A stretch of 64,000 nucleotides of DNA, taken from Craspedostauros australis (lineage: Eukaryota). Shown here piece after piece: positions 22,742 to 36,532 of the stretch. How positions within the stretch are numbered: the first letter of the stretch is position 1; every line of letters starts with the position of its first letter. Below the pieces are notes generated by a model. It ran no database searches and had not been told where the DNA came from. It saw only the letters and a program-made list of their open reading frames with translations. The DNA lies in the NCBI GenBank assembly GCA_030167865.1, contig JALAGF010003296.1, positions 62,001 to 126,000 on the forward strand, read 5' to 3'. The position numbers were made by a program, and so were the translations under genes.

Positions 22742-25700
22742 GGTGATTGTTGTGGGTAAAGTTGCTCAGCGTTTGGGTGCTCTGCTCTTTCCTTTTCTTC
22801 GATTTTCGGGATTGTGGTGAATGTGGAGATGTGTGGTTGTGGTTTTTATGGACTTCGTGCGAAATTGCCGCAACGCCCCACGCTAAGTCGTTGCAGGGAC
22901 AGCTGCAACGTTGAAGATGGATTTCTCCTCACTTCGGAGCCCACAACCGCGAAAACCAACACGGAGGTTGTGTCTCGCCAGCCACCTCATCATACCAGCC
23001 ACGTCTTGCTTCAACACATGGTGGGCGCTTCTAATTCCAGAACTTCACAATCGCGCACACAACAAAGGCGCCCAGCTCGTCACATCCTCCAGACGCACAC
23101 AATCACCGGGGACATGACCATCGCAAACCCAACGCTCCTGGTTTGCAGGACAACGACCACCTGCATCAACTTCAATCGGGAATGTCTCTTGAAAACCGTA
23201 TTGTTAAGTAGGCGTTGGAAATGTATGTCACAACTATGTCTGGGTACAGAAGCGAGACCTCAAACCAAATCGAAGGCGACTCGTTCCACCACTGAAGATC
23301 ACGCGCAAAAGGGCCGCTCAACCCAGCCAAGTTCCTCAATTGCATACGCGCTGGGCCTAACGAACCTTGAACCTATGACACTTCATGTTCAACCGATCGT
23401 TACTCGTGCGTTGGTTTTGCGTCGTCGTGATCGCCTTCTCTGTCCCACACTGTGCCACAAGAGTTGTACCAGGAGCAGAAAGAGGACTGTCGTTCCTGAT
23501 CTGTCTTGGCACGTAGCGCTTGACATTCCTGGCTCATGATCCGGAGTTAAGTCAATTCCAGCCTTGCGCGATTCACCGAAATGGCCGAATGGAACTTCGG
23601 AGGATGCAGGACTTGCGACCCTTTGTGCCAACAGCGGTTCGTGTCGCACCAAACACAACAGCAACTAATCGGTCACGAGTGGCTTCACAAGATCTGCACG
23701 GCCACATTGGTGTCCGTGTCTGGCCCGTGTTGGCGCGACTGCTGCACACCGTCAACGCCTTCGACATTTGGACGAGTCATGCCTTTTGGATCATCAGAGG
23801 ACAACGAGCAGTCGTACGGGCATGGACATGGTGGACTACGAGCTCGTGCTATACTCAGATAAAGCATAATAGAGCAAAGTCGCAGAGCCGCATGGCTCCT
23901 TGTCATTGTTATCCTCACTCCCCCTCCCTCTCTGCCCATGGAGGAAATCATGCCATGTCTTGTGCGAGTCTTCTCTGCGCTTTGTCCTGTGAGTAGAATA
24001 CGACCGCTGCTCTGTCTTCACTGTTCTTCGCGGTTTCTGGCGCATTGCAGTTTCTGCCCAATACCATGCAACGCAACATCCTCAATCGGCCTCGACCAGC
24101 CTCAACATCCATCACGCTGACCCTTGCTCCCGTTCCTGTTTCCACAGAAAGGGCAAAACACAATGATCACCGCTCGCGAAACGACAAGGATCTCTGTCTG
24201 TGAGCCTCTCTCTTGGTTGAAGGTCGCTAATCCGAACCAAATCTGGTCAACGCCAACATGGTCTGTGGCTGTTTCTGTGACTGTTCCTGTGACTGTGGTG
24301 AAGGAAGTGCTGGGAGCAGGCAAGAGCAGGTAGGTGGACAACGAGCGGCAATCAAACCACCAAGTATCGAAGCGCATCCAGAGCGCACTTGGACCAGCCA
24401 TCACGTACCACCCTTCCCATGGCTACGGGAGTAGAAGCGAAGCGCAGAGATGGTCTCAACCTCCTCATCCGGCTGACTGGCCTCTCTGGGTCACTCCGCT
24501 CCTCAGCAAGGCACGAATCTGAGAAACACGAAACAGTTGCTGTGGTGCTCATTGCGAAGGACCTCTGCTGTGCTCCGCCGTCAGCGTCTCCGGCAATGCG
24601 CATTTGCGACTGGTCGAAGCGTATGTTCGTGTTTGTCCCTGGCGCCTCAACTCCGTGGGTGAGGAAGTCTTGGTAGAAGGTTGCAATCGTTCTGGTTGTC
24701 CGAAGCATGATATACCTGCACACACGCTATCTTTGTCCGCCTCTGATCCGCACAAGGCTTCGTCTCCATCCATGAGATTTGTCCTTCGGCGGCCGCAAGT
24801 GTCAAAGAAGACATCCTGGAGCGGAGGTGGCTTGGATAAATGTTGGACGTGGTCCGATCAGAGACTTTCGCCGACACCCGTTCGCTCTGTACAGAACCCG
24901 ACGAATCTGCTCGTCTGCATTGTTGGAACATCGGTCGTGTGGGGCTCACGAAGAAGATGCCCGATTTCCAAAAAAGTACATCGATCGTTTGTACCCTCAA
25001 GGCCACGGCTCATAACAGCGCGCAATCCGACAAGAACCCATCCACCACTGATGACAATGGGTACCGGAAATGGAAGCATCATGTCTTCCTCTGGAGAATA
25101 ATTGATAGAAAGTAACCGCAGAGATGTCTGCGTCGCTCTGGAACAAGGAAGAGAAGAGCCAAGAGCGCTGTGGGAGGTTCGTGGACTTCCGTTTCCTTCG
25201 CCCAAGTCTTGTAGTCCTGGGTTCGTATTGGAAACTCTGGTTACGGTTAAGTCTCAGCAAAATATGGGTGGTAATGACGTTGAAGTTGGAGGATCATCAA
25301 CATCCACCAGTGATGTGAAAACAGAGAACGACGCAGAAACGAATGCCGAACACAATGTGTTGCACAACAGTGCCTCCATCATTTATGCGATCTTGTCGGA
25401 CATCTTCGTACGCACACGCAATGACAAGGGCTGTACTCTTGTTTTCCCCGAAGTGGTCTGCTCTGCACGAATGCATGTTCGTGGTTTCTGCCAATCCATC
25501 TCCAGAGCCCACCTCGTTGGTGTCTGGAATGCCCAGAGTTCGAGTCCGCAGCATTCGCCGAATTGCTCCTGTCGCAAAGAGAGGTTAAGATTCTGACGCC
25601 CGCGATGTGAAGGAGTCCCTTCCTTTGCCTGCCCATCCGTGTCCGTGGTCGTATGAGCAACGATCTATCCGGTGGAATCTCTCCCTCTTGGTTTCACACG

Positions 25701-28380
25701 CATCAGATGTGGCTCAGCCAGACTGACGATGGCCACCCGAACTGGACCAGAAAGATCCATCCATCATCAGGGGTAGATGAACAGTCGCAGCATCGCAACG
25801 GACTCCGCTCTCTGGCAGCAGCTCCTTCGATGTCCAACAAAGGCTTTGGCATCGCGCTGGTGCCATACACGCGCGAGCACGGCACACGCCACAGTCAACT
25901 TCCATCATTCGCTGCGGTCATTGAACTCTCCTGCGACGGGAGGCAGGATAGACGGTTGTGACCGAGGCACGACGATTCCCAAGAGATCGTACTCCAGAAT
26001 AACTACGAGCTATTAGCATATATAGTATTATATTCTATTCTATTATATAATAGTAGCATGTGCAGGAGCACACGCATTCACAAGGCGACGAGAGTAGGCA
26101 CACGACGAAGATGAGGACCGTACTCGTGCTCTGTCTCCACCAGACTGCAATGTCAGAGCTTGCCACCGTCACCACAGCTTTCATCTGCCCCATCGGCGCT
26201 CTATCTGTGGCACTCTATCGTGCTATACTGATGCGGCGAGGGCTCATTCTTGTGTGTGCGTTGGTGTGGTGGGTTGGGCCAAGGGAGACTGGTGTGCGCA
26301 AAGAAGTTGTGAACGAAGACTCTCGGGAGAGGCACGGAGAAGCTGAGACTAATAATTATCATACACGTACCTGCACGCACAGCGGATCACTCACATCACG
26401 ATCTGCGTGGCTGGAACCGGCCTCATTCGTCTGTGCTCCTCTCCAACCACGAGGGACTCTCTCTGGAGATCGCTGGCACCAGCTGCTGCTGCCGTGCCGA
26501 GAACCGCACCGCCGCACGATGACGCCTTCCTCCCCTCCGTGTTGCCATCAGCAACATCCAACATCGCGGAGTGCTCTGTGTTCCGCGTGATGATGACCGT
26601 TTCTTGCGGACTTTCCTCAACCACCTCTCCTCTGTGCTGGTGGTGACGTCGCCAGGCTGATGCACAGGTTCTGTCGCCTTCACCAATCAAGCTCGGAACA
26701 TGCTCGCGCTGTTGTATCCAGAACAGGTGATGCCGCCCACGTGCCCACCTGTGCGTCCGAAGTGTGAAGGAGAGGAAAGATCGATGGATGGATGTGCGCA
26801 GGTATAGTCGTATCCTCCTACTCGGACCCGCCACATGAAGAGATCCGGGGAGGGATGGGAATCATTGTAACAGGTAAGAACGGAACTCCGCCGCTCGTGG
26901 GTACCAGAGTGGAATCCGCCACACAACCAGCACAGGAACGAAGAAGCGACAAATCCAAGAGGGAGAAGCAATTGAAAGCAGAAACGAAACGTGATAGGGC
27001 ACGATCGATGGCGCAGTACGAACTGTGGTGGCTGGATCTTGATGAGCAAGAACGCCAGACGTACGGCCACGCTTCTCATTGTTGTTGGTTTCACTGGAGG
27101 GGTTCGAAGTGTGGCATTGTACCCACAAGTATACAAGGATACATAGGGGAACCACCGTTGCGCTGCATCATGACATTCCCGGCTCTGTCCGTATTCTTCT
27201 TGTGATGCAAACGATCATGCTTTCTCCAAACAAAGGAAACGCAACGAAGAGACAGATTCGGAGCACCATCTTCAACCTCGATGAAATTTCACTCCAACAC
27301 AAAGGCTTCCATGTTCGCACCATCCTACCCACTGATCCCACTCGCAAAGATGTCAAGCGAAGGTCATAGTGGTTCGGAGGAGTTGATTCGGTCTCAGTTC
27401 CCAAACGTGCAAAAGCAGTCGTGAACAAACAGCATCTATCAAGAGAAGCGCAGAATTGGTACATTCTCAAACCCTCAGTACACGATTCAAGAACAAAGAG
27501 AAACGGGACTGAAACACGACTTGGTGGTGGTTTGGTGATGTGGGTCGACATCATTCGACACGTGACACGTTCTGGGCGTTGTGACGCCTATGCAGAAAGT
27601 GTTTCAACAACTTGCTTCTTTGTGCTAGAGTAGTAGTACGAACTGCACGAGACATGAAGAGGAAAGCAGGATAAATCGAGGACAAACAGAGGAATAGTCC
27701 GTATCTGCTCGCTTCGTTTCTTCCCTTGGCGAGGGTGAAGGTGGATGCGAATGTGGATGTGAATTGGTGTGTGTGTGTGGCGCAAGCGTTCCCTCATGGG
27801 AGAGAACGACATCGAAGCCATTGAAAGTCTATGGTGAGGACGAACCAGACGCGTACATGATCGACAGAGGAGGAAGAAGAGGAAGGCAGAGAGAGACCGA
27901 GACAGATGCCAATGACAGAGAGCAATAGTGGCATGAACACCAACCTTCTTAACATCGGCATTGACATCGCTGGGCAGCACGATTGCCATCATTGATGTCA
28001 GTTTTTGACACCAACATCCACACAAGCATAGTAGTACGACTACGCTCAAGTCGTTGATGCTGAGTCCTCCGGCGCATTCTTCACCACACGCCAACCTCGA
28101 TTCTCGCCTCGAGTCGCAGCTCTCCACTCACCTCTCTGCTCTCTTTGGAATTCTCTCCATCCCTGCGCAAACTTCGAATCTTGGATGAGAATGTTGAGAG
28201 ATGAATCGAGGTTCCCTTCCCGGATATCGTGTTCCTGTTTGCCAGCAAAAGGTTTGGGGTGCTGCAGACGTCACCTGTTCGTTCTCATAGTCGTACGTGT
28301 ACTCAAGCGGGGATGCTCCCGAGGCTGGCGCCAACAGCAGCCGAATCATCAAGAACAAATCCTGCGATACTCAAATAGCT

Positions 28381-29110
28381 CATTCATTGCTGGAGGGGGC
28401 CTGTCCTAGAGTGGCTTAATCACAGCTGGCATGTCATGGGAGGAAATTTCCGGAGGCTGATCACCTGCTCTTGGAGGAGGGGAAACATGCTGGAGGATTC
28501 CTGGCCCAACTTGGCCTGGTTGTGGCTGTGCCACTGGGCTAGTGTGTAGTGCCAGAGCAGGTTCGTCACACTGACCTTCCAGTTGCAGAGCAGTCTGGGG
28601 GTGGTTTGCCATCTCTTGGTTGATACTGGCAGAGCATGTTCCGGCCACTGAAGGGCCAATCCATCCCATACCAGGGTCATCCAGCCTATTCTGCCCTGTG
28701 CGGACTGCAGCGCTGTGGTGGGAGAAGGGCATGTTCCCAACAGGGTCACACTGACTGTGGAGATGCACTTGATGGCTGTGCAAAGGATCTGAGCCACATG
28801 CAGAGGTGTGGTGGGTGGCTGCAGCTTGCATTGTCTCCAGTATGTTTGTGATTACTATGCTTGCTGGGAAGTCTTAGTCCATGATGGTGCCCAGGTTGTG
28901 GTTGTCTAGCATTGTGTAGTCGTTTGTGGCTGGGTCGTACGTGATGTTCGTGCTTGCGGTCCACACGTCTGGGCTGAGTCACTTCTCTGCGTTCGGTCCC
29001 ACCTTGTGTCTTGCGATTGCCGGGAGCAACCTCGTGATGTGCCTTGCGTCGTCCAGGTATTCTGGGAACGCATGTGTCATGATTTGGTCGTCCAAGGCAC
29101 TTTGCGAGCA
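28381..29110 (-). mobile_element. Degenerate non-LTR (LINE-like) retrotransposon fragment
   Basis: The minus-strand frame 28420-28797 has Q..IGW..L..G....W...W......LW......W..(H/R)N, resembling from recall the C-terminal region of diatom LINE ORF2 proteins. CpG is strongly depleted over 28381-28920, and there are in-frame stops nearby. Confidence 0.55.
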
Positions 29111-29446
29111 CCGAAGCCGCAACACCTTTCCGTCACAACGAAACGGCACTGATGATGTTCCACAATGTGTTGTGATTGGTGCTCCATGACGTGGAATCCG
29201 TTCCTTGTGACGTAGAAGACGGATCGGAGAGTGCAAACACAAAACAGCTCCAAGTACGCAACCACCGCTTCTCCCAACAGCAACCAACACAGAGCAAACC
29301 GCGAAAACTCTCCAGCAGGCGTTGTCGTGACACCGTTTTCGTCGTACGTTGGAGGCAAGTCGTATGCAAGCACCCATCATGTTGACAACAACATCACGAA
29401 TGATGGCATGAGGCACAAAGATGGCAGGAGGATAGAGTTGATCATC

Positions 29447-32400
29447 ATGAGCTTGAACTTGGACGACGATACCAGTCGCCCAGACAACGGAAACAACAGT
29501 GGCAACTACTACTACAACAGCAACAACAACAGCAACTCGCTCGCCACCTATGATGAGTCATCCTACGCGCAGAGCGCCTACGACATGGACAGCGACGAGA
29601 TGAGTTCCTTGCTTCCGTCACCCCCGATTATTCACCAAGGCAGGGATCGACAGCAGCATCGACAGCAGCATGGTCGTTCACTACGTTCGACGCATGGACA
29701 CGGGCCAAACTACGAGTATAGTCATGACGGTATTCGTCGGCAGCTAACAGAGGATGCCCATACAAATGTGTTGACATTCTGCGAAGCACCGGTGAGTAAC
29801 GAACGAACGAGCGAAGCAATGAATGAATGAATGAATGAATGAATGAATGAATGGATGAATGTGTGTTTGTTTGTTTGCTTGTTTGACCCTGGCTTGATGT
29901 TCGCGAGTCTGGGTGCGAGTGCGAGTGCTCTTGTGGTGTCATGATTGATCCAGTCCAAGATGCATTGAATCCTACCCTCATAGAACGACGAAACAACTGT
30001 TAGTGTATAATACGAGCCAATATGGTACAGATGCCTCAATCCAATCCTCCTCGTATCAATGAGCATCAATGAGTATCATTACCATACTACGAGTAATCTG
30101 CTCTACTCAAGCGAGTTTGACTCACACCGCTGCCGTCCATTCTATTAAATTCTATCCTATTCTGTTAATTTCCGTTTCTATTATCCTCTCGACTTGGCTT
30201 CATGCACAATCCACCTGCTCGCTGAACATCTCCCCATTCGCACATCGGACTCGTAATGTCGCCATGCTCCGCAAACATCATGTTATGGTACACTGATCCA
30301 TCACATTCGTTACATTATGGCATGTATAATGCGAATGTGCACTTGATTTGACGTCGCCTTAACTTGGCTTAACTTAACTTGCCTTCACCGGCGACGCTAA
30401 CAGATCATCAACGCGATGGATCAGCTGGAAGATGAGGTGGAGGCCGTGGCGTACGAAGAGCTCGTGCCGTTGGACCTGCAGATCGAGCTGGAAGACCGCC
30501 TGTTCGGTTGGACGCATCTCACATCCTCCATCCTGGGCCATCTCGCCTTCACGGTCGGCGCCTACTTCCTCGTTTCCTTCGGAATGGATCAGATCGAACG
30601 ACACGTACTGTGCTGGGGAGCATCCACCGACCACCTCCTCAATCCGACCCTCGCATCCATCTGGCACTGCCTCAAGTTCATCCTCTCCTTCGCCGTGGCC
30701 GTGTCGTCTTACCGCATGGTGCGACGCCGACGCAATGTGTGGCTGCGTGCCGCGTACGGATCCAAAGAGTACCAGACGAGGGAGATGACGCAACGCCGGC
30801 GATCCCTCCTGCGACAAATGGATCGCAAGACCGTGCTGGGCCGCACCGTCTCAGCCTTCCGCGAGGGCAGGGTCCGCAGGCATCTGCGCCGCGCCGAGAA
30901 TGAATTCGCCAAGAAGCAGGCCCATGATCGCAAGCACCACAAATATCAGCAGCAGTACAGCACGGTCAGCGCCGACCAGTCCTCTGTGGATGGCGATGCC
31001 GCATTGGGTGCCATCCGTGATGTCCTGGGCACCGCCAAGTCGTTTGGCACCGACGACGGGAACAACAGCAGCCGCAGCAGCAGTGACGGCAGCAGTGGCG
31101 ATGATAACACGACTGCCATCACAACCACATCTACAGCTACAGCTACAGCCACACCTACCATCACGAACAACATCATCAGCAACAGCACTGCAATGGAAGG
31201 GTACCTGGTGGCAGATCCATTGTCAGAGCAGCAGCACGCACTCGTTCGCTTCCCACCGACGCAATCACAGCACAATAGACAGGAGATGGAAAGTATCGGG
31301 CATGATCAGGCCCTTTTCGAAGGAATTCAGAACATGCCATACGCGCACGGAAGTTTCTTTGGTGCAGCGCCCTTCCTCCTGAATGATCCGCACTGGATCT
31401 CCATTCTGCGGCATCTGATGCCTGATGTCTATGTCGAAATCAGCCGGCGCGTGGCCAAGGTCAAGGCACCGCGGCTAATCCATTGGGCCGAGAACAATCC
31501 GGTCGTCGCAGCGTACGGCGTAGTGAACGCGCTCAAGACGCAGGAACGTCCCACTGCATTGCCCAACATCGAATGGGACGTCTTTGTGGATCCGTCCTTG
31601 ATTCGGCGCGTGCAGGTCGTGCTGGATGAACGTGCCAAGCACGAAGCTAAGATCACCTTCTCTTCTGCAACAGCCGCACCCGCGCAAACCATTGACGGGG
31701 TATCCATGCGACAACAAGAGGAGCATGAACAGCATCAAAACAGGCTCGCATTTTACGATCGCGAGCTGAAACGCCGCAGCAAAGCCCTCGTGGAGAAGAT
31801 GCTCATCTCGCACGGCAACTTGAACCATCTCATGCTGGAACAGACGGGGGTGCTGAAGCAGTTCAACTTCTCACGGCTCAAGCGGAGCCGACGCACCTTG
31901 GGCGGTGGCATCTACGCCCGTCAGTGGATGGCGGTGTTCGCCGAAGCATTGAAACTGGGTTCCTTGCTCCAGGCCGACTGCGCGGAGGAAAGCGACGATG
32001 CCGAATGCGATCCATCGCAATTGCGCACGAAGGCATCCTCGCCGTCCATGAACAGCACATCGAACAAGAATGGAATTGCAACATCTTTGCTGGCACTGGC
32101 GGAATCAAAATGTCCCAACATGAGCATCATCCAATCCATCCGAATGATCCAATGCCTCGTGAAGAGCACAAACAACGGTAGCAATAGCAGCAACAGCAAT
32201 AGCAGCATTGATGGTGCCAGCGGCGGCGACATCAGCAACCATATCCAGCAACCAATTGGATTGGTGCTGGATTTGAAGTCCCGCCACGTCCCCAAGCACA
32301 TCTGGAAGATCGTGATCGACACGTTGCGCTCGTACAACGTCCGAGTGGAGGCGATTGCCTCGTTCTTCCCGCAGGACATCCGTGGCCTCTCCCAGCTCTG

Positions 32401-33238
32401 CAGTAAGCCCGTGCAGGAGATCATCTTCTTCCATTCCGCCGGCGATTTGCAACGAGCGTGTCACGATGGCAGGGTGCAACGCGGCGACGCAGTGATGTTC
32501 AACGCCGGCTGCCTGCTGTCGGAGAATGCCTACAATTCGGCGCAATGCTTCGTCACGACGAAAGAACGTGGCCAATGCGACAGGGATACATCTACGCGCA
32601 GCTACATCCGCAGCCTGCTCCAGTTCGATCCGGCGACGGTGAGAGAATCGTACACAATCCAGCCATTCGGCGAGTGCTCTTCCGACAGTAGTAGAAACCA
32701 TAGCGACAACGGCGACAACAGCGACAACGGCAATGAATGGTATGGGCACAAGAACTGTCTTGGTGACAGTTACAGCAACTTCTACCACAACAGGAGCAAC
32801 AGGAGCAGCAACAATATCGACAACAGCAAAGACACAACGACAGCAGCAACGTCAGCAACGATGGTGCCATCATGTCACAGCACGATCCAAATGTATCAGC
32901 AGCATTACGGTCTCTCCATCGGCATGTACTGTCAGGAATTCGCCATCGACGATGCCGCCATCGACGTGCTAGCACGGTACGTGAACGCAAACGGCGATGT
33001 GTACCGGTTGGGGATGTCGTGGGGCGGTGTGAACGGCGTGACCATCCGAGGTATCTGCCCGGGCCGCTTCACGGCGACGGATGGGTATTGGAATCAACGG
33101 TACTTGGGCGCGCCATGGGATTGCAGCTTGTTCCCTGGTGCGAATGAATGTGAAGAAGACCAGGAAGGGGGCGGGTGGTTGGATGGTTGGATGGATATGT
33201 GTCTGAATGCGTGCACGTTTGCATGTACATCCAAGTGA
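29447..33238 (+). CDS. Uncharacterised ~1060-aa membrane protein; exons 29447-29791 and 30404-33238
   Basis: Donor CCG|GTGAGT and acceptor GCTAACAG|ATC are phase 0 and join MSLNLDD...FCEAP to IINAMDQLEDE. Two N-proximal TMs (ILGHLAFTVGAYFLVSF; LKFILSFAVAVSSY) precede globular blocks separated by N/S-rich linkers. Confidence 0.85.
29792..30403 (+). other. Spliceosomal intron (612 bp) containing a (GAAT)n microsatellite
   Basis: GTGAGT donor, GCTAAC branch-like site abutting the AG acceptor, and an in-frame join. Confidence 0.85.
29818..29860. repeat. (AATG)n microsatellite
   Basis: About 10 near-perfect tandem copies of AATG visible in the sequence. Confidence 0.95.
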
Positions 33239-36200
33239 TCCGTGAAAGGTGATGATGGGGTGCGGCGAGAGACTGAAAATAAAATGTGAAGAGCTGAAGA
33301 TTTCAGCCAATACGTGCGAGTTGGTTGTAGTCTGCTCTTGTCTCCTCGTATGTACCTCGAGATGTGGAAGGAGGACTCTGTGGAAACGATTGTCTCGTGA
33401 TTATGATCGCAGCAGAGCATACATGCGCATACGAGTCCAAATAGTTGTTGAGTACCATACGAGCTATGGCATCATACTCGACACAACATCGCAATCGTGC
33501 GAAATGTGGATGCGCGACAGTCTCGCTCTGTAGAGAAAGAGAGTACACGAGGTGTCGTACAACATCAATAGTAAGCAGACAAATGCCCATATGTGCTGAT
33601 ATGCGAGTACTCCATAGTGTAGTAGAGTATAACAGAGCAATACACATCATGTAGTATTAGTATAACATGTACGAGTGAGTTGAACAACTGCTGATCTTGC
33701 ATCGTCGTATCATCGAATCTCATATATATTGCATAATATTCTAGAATAGAATACTATTCTATGATATTCTATGATATAATATCTCTTATTGGTGGCTGGC
33801 AATACGTGCTTGGGCTTGACGCGGTGGAGCACTCGCTGACCGGGGTCCTATCGGAGTTGGACCAGTACGACCTACGCTCTGGTGAGGTTAACAATAGTAA
33901 GTGATGGCTGGCGGACAATGGCGATTTGGTGATGTGATGACCCCTGGAAGTTGATACGTGTGCTCTCAAGTACGCGCAGGGAGGAAAAGCCCACAGATCA
34001 CCCGAAATCGGTGAGCGTTGATCGTGGTGCTGACCAGCGAAGAGAAGGCCGGAGTCATGATCTTCCTCTGTGTCGTGTTTTGGTCTTGGTTTGGGATTGC
34101 TGCTCACGAGGGGCCACGATCACGCTTTTCCCCACAGATCGTGCATACTCGTACGCTCTGCGCAGTTTTTGGGTTCGCGCGTATGTTCCGCGAACAAAAG
34201 CACCCTTGTGATGTGGAGAAAGCGTCCTGCAGAGCATAGTCGTACGTTTGGCTGGTCACACCCATCATCGTCTTGGAGAGATGCAGGGTGCTCACAAATT
34301 AGCAAAAGCCCCAACACAAAAGCAAAAAACCAAACACACTGCCTCGCACGCAAGCACCGCAATCTACATCCATCGGTTGTAATCTACTCTACTCTGCACC
34401 TCACTGCTCTACTCGTACATATCACAAATCTCCATACCTCACCATGATCGTCAGATGCGTTGGCAACACCCACTACACAGCCGCCCAAAAGCGACAAGCA
34501 TCCCAGAACTATGCTTCCAGGAGAGATTCGACATCGTCATCGTCGCAGCTGTCGTCCCAAAGTCCCTCCACGCCGTGGTGGCTGGGATGGTCGTTCACGC
34601 AGGGCTGCATCAACGGCGGCAACTAAACCAACTGGCACATGCGCGCTTGATGGTGGAGCATGATGCAGTCCTGCCAAGCTGGACACGCATCTGGAGCGCC
34701 AAAGCAGGATGAGAGGACCGACGCGAAACGCTACGGCGATATGGTCTTCGAGTACCACAAATGGGCGTCAGACGACCGTACTTCCCTACGAGTAAAGAGA
34801 GAGCTGGAATGCTGCCATCACAAAGACAGCGGCACAAGTATGCACAGACAGCACCGCAGAAACATCCAATGATGTACGTGTGCGGTACGATGATGATGCC
34901 ATACAGCAACAGCACAGTAAAAATGAAATATTAGAGAGAATGAACTGTTATAGAAACGCACAATGCAATACGATGCGAGTACAACTCCAGAGTCAGTGGA
35001 ATTTTTCGAAAGATAGCATCGAACTGTATCCGGAGCATCACCATTTTCTTCAACGTCCCTGTAGCAATGCACCAGTGCGTACGTGAGTCTGAGTGAATCG
35101 TATTGTACAAGATCGGGCGCCAACCCTATTCCATCCGCGCAGCATGGTCGTCGCACAACACAATGATGCGACGGAGGTGCTGTGTCTCATTATTGTTTCG
35201 CGATCCGGATAGCACATAGTATGCACAACCAGAACACCACCGCAACGCACCTTCTCCGTCGACACATCCACTATGATCGCGCGATTCCTTGGCACTACGT
35301 GATGGCCGTATCGCCGTTCCGCACAAGCAGGATGCTTTCACGATACTGACAGAACCCACCATGGATATGTGTGGTATCCACACTCACAATGCTGGTGGTG
35401 TTCACTAATACGAAGGAAGATGATCCCGAGATGACGATCGCGACATGGATCGATTTGTGGAACACGTTGTTTCAGTGTTCGTGTGTCGAGAAACAGGAGG
35501 AACGCTGGACACATTTGTGAAGGTTGGCATGTCGCAAGCGACACGGACTGCAGAAGGGATGAATGATAAAATAATCAATGTTGACTAAATTAAGTACTCT
35601 TTGTCTGAGGGGCCATTCGTGGTTGACGCCTGCGACAAGGGCGCGACAATTGCGTGTTTGTGATTCCGATGTTGATGGTGAAGATCGCAAAGAGTGCTGT
35701 CGTGGGAATGATGGGCAAACAGGCCATTGTTCCCTTGTGGAGATGGGAGCCGGCAACAACTTCGACGCTGGGCTGACGATCCTGATGATTCAGATGCGCT
35801 GTCGTGTTGGGGAGATCGCAATCAGCGGATGGATGCGCCTCCCCTGAACCACAGTGGCACGACCTCTGCCGCTCTGCCTTGTGGTTGTCCTCGGCGTCGG
35901 TGCCGGATCGTTTGGGCTGGCTGTTGTTGTTGTTGTTGTTAGTTGCTCTGCGTGTTTCCGCTTCGAGAAGCGTTGCTGGTTGCGTGTTTGGTAGATGAAT
36001 GGATGGATGGTTGATGGGCTGGGTGTATGAGTATGAGAATGCATGAAGGGACCAGTATTCTCCTGGTCTGTATTGCATGTAGTCGCGCCTCAGCGGCAGT
36101 TGGAGTGTTTGACGTGGGAGATACCTTGGCTTGATTCAGTTTGACGTGACGAAGGGCAATGCAACATGTTTGCTTGCTCTGCTGCTTGCTTTGCTCTTGG

Positions 36201-36532
36201 CTGGCGGATGGACTGATGCATGTGATGTGTGGTGTATAATATGACATATTATAGGTCGTAATACATGGATGGACTGATGCAGTGAATGAAGGGAGGGGAT
36301 GGTACAGACTTGTATGGTGTGGATAGCGGCGATCTGCTGCGATGGCAGGTCAGGGAAGGATGGATAACGGGAGAGTGAAGGTGAAGGCGAGAGAAGGAGA
36401 GGGACAGGAGAGATGGAATCGCTGCAGAGCTGAGCGCGTTGTAGGCACTCTCGTGCAACGGTCCGATCCAGCTGTGCTCCATGCCATCACCGCGCTGCTC
36501 CTGGGTGTCGATGGGGCGCAGTATGATCTGCT

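Noticed and set aside
34444..34872. Two same-frame short ORFs separated by TAA and TGA, considered as readthrough or selenoprotein
   Set aside because: One stop is TAA, there is no redox motif or recognisable SECIS, and no homology is evident.
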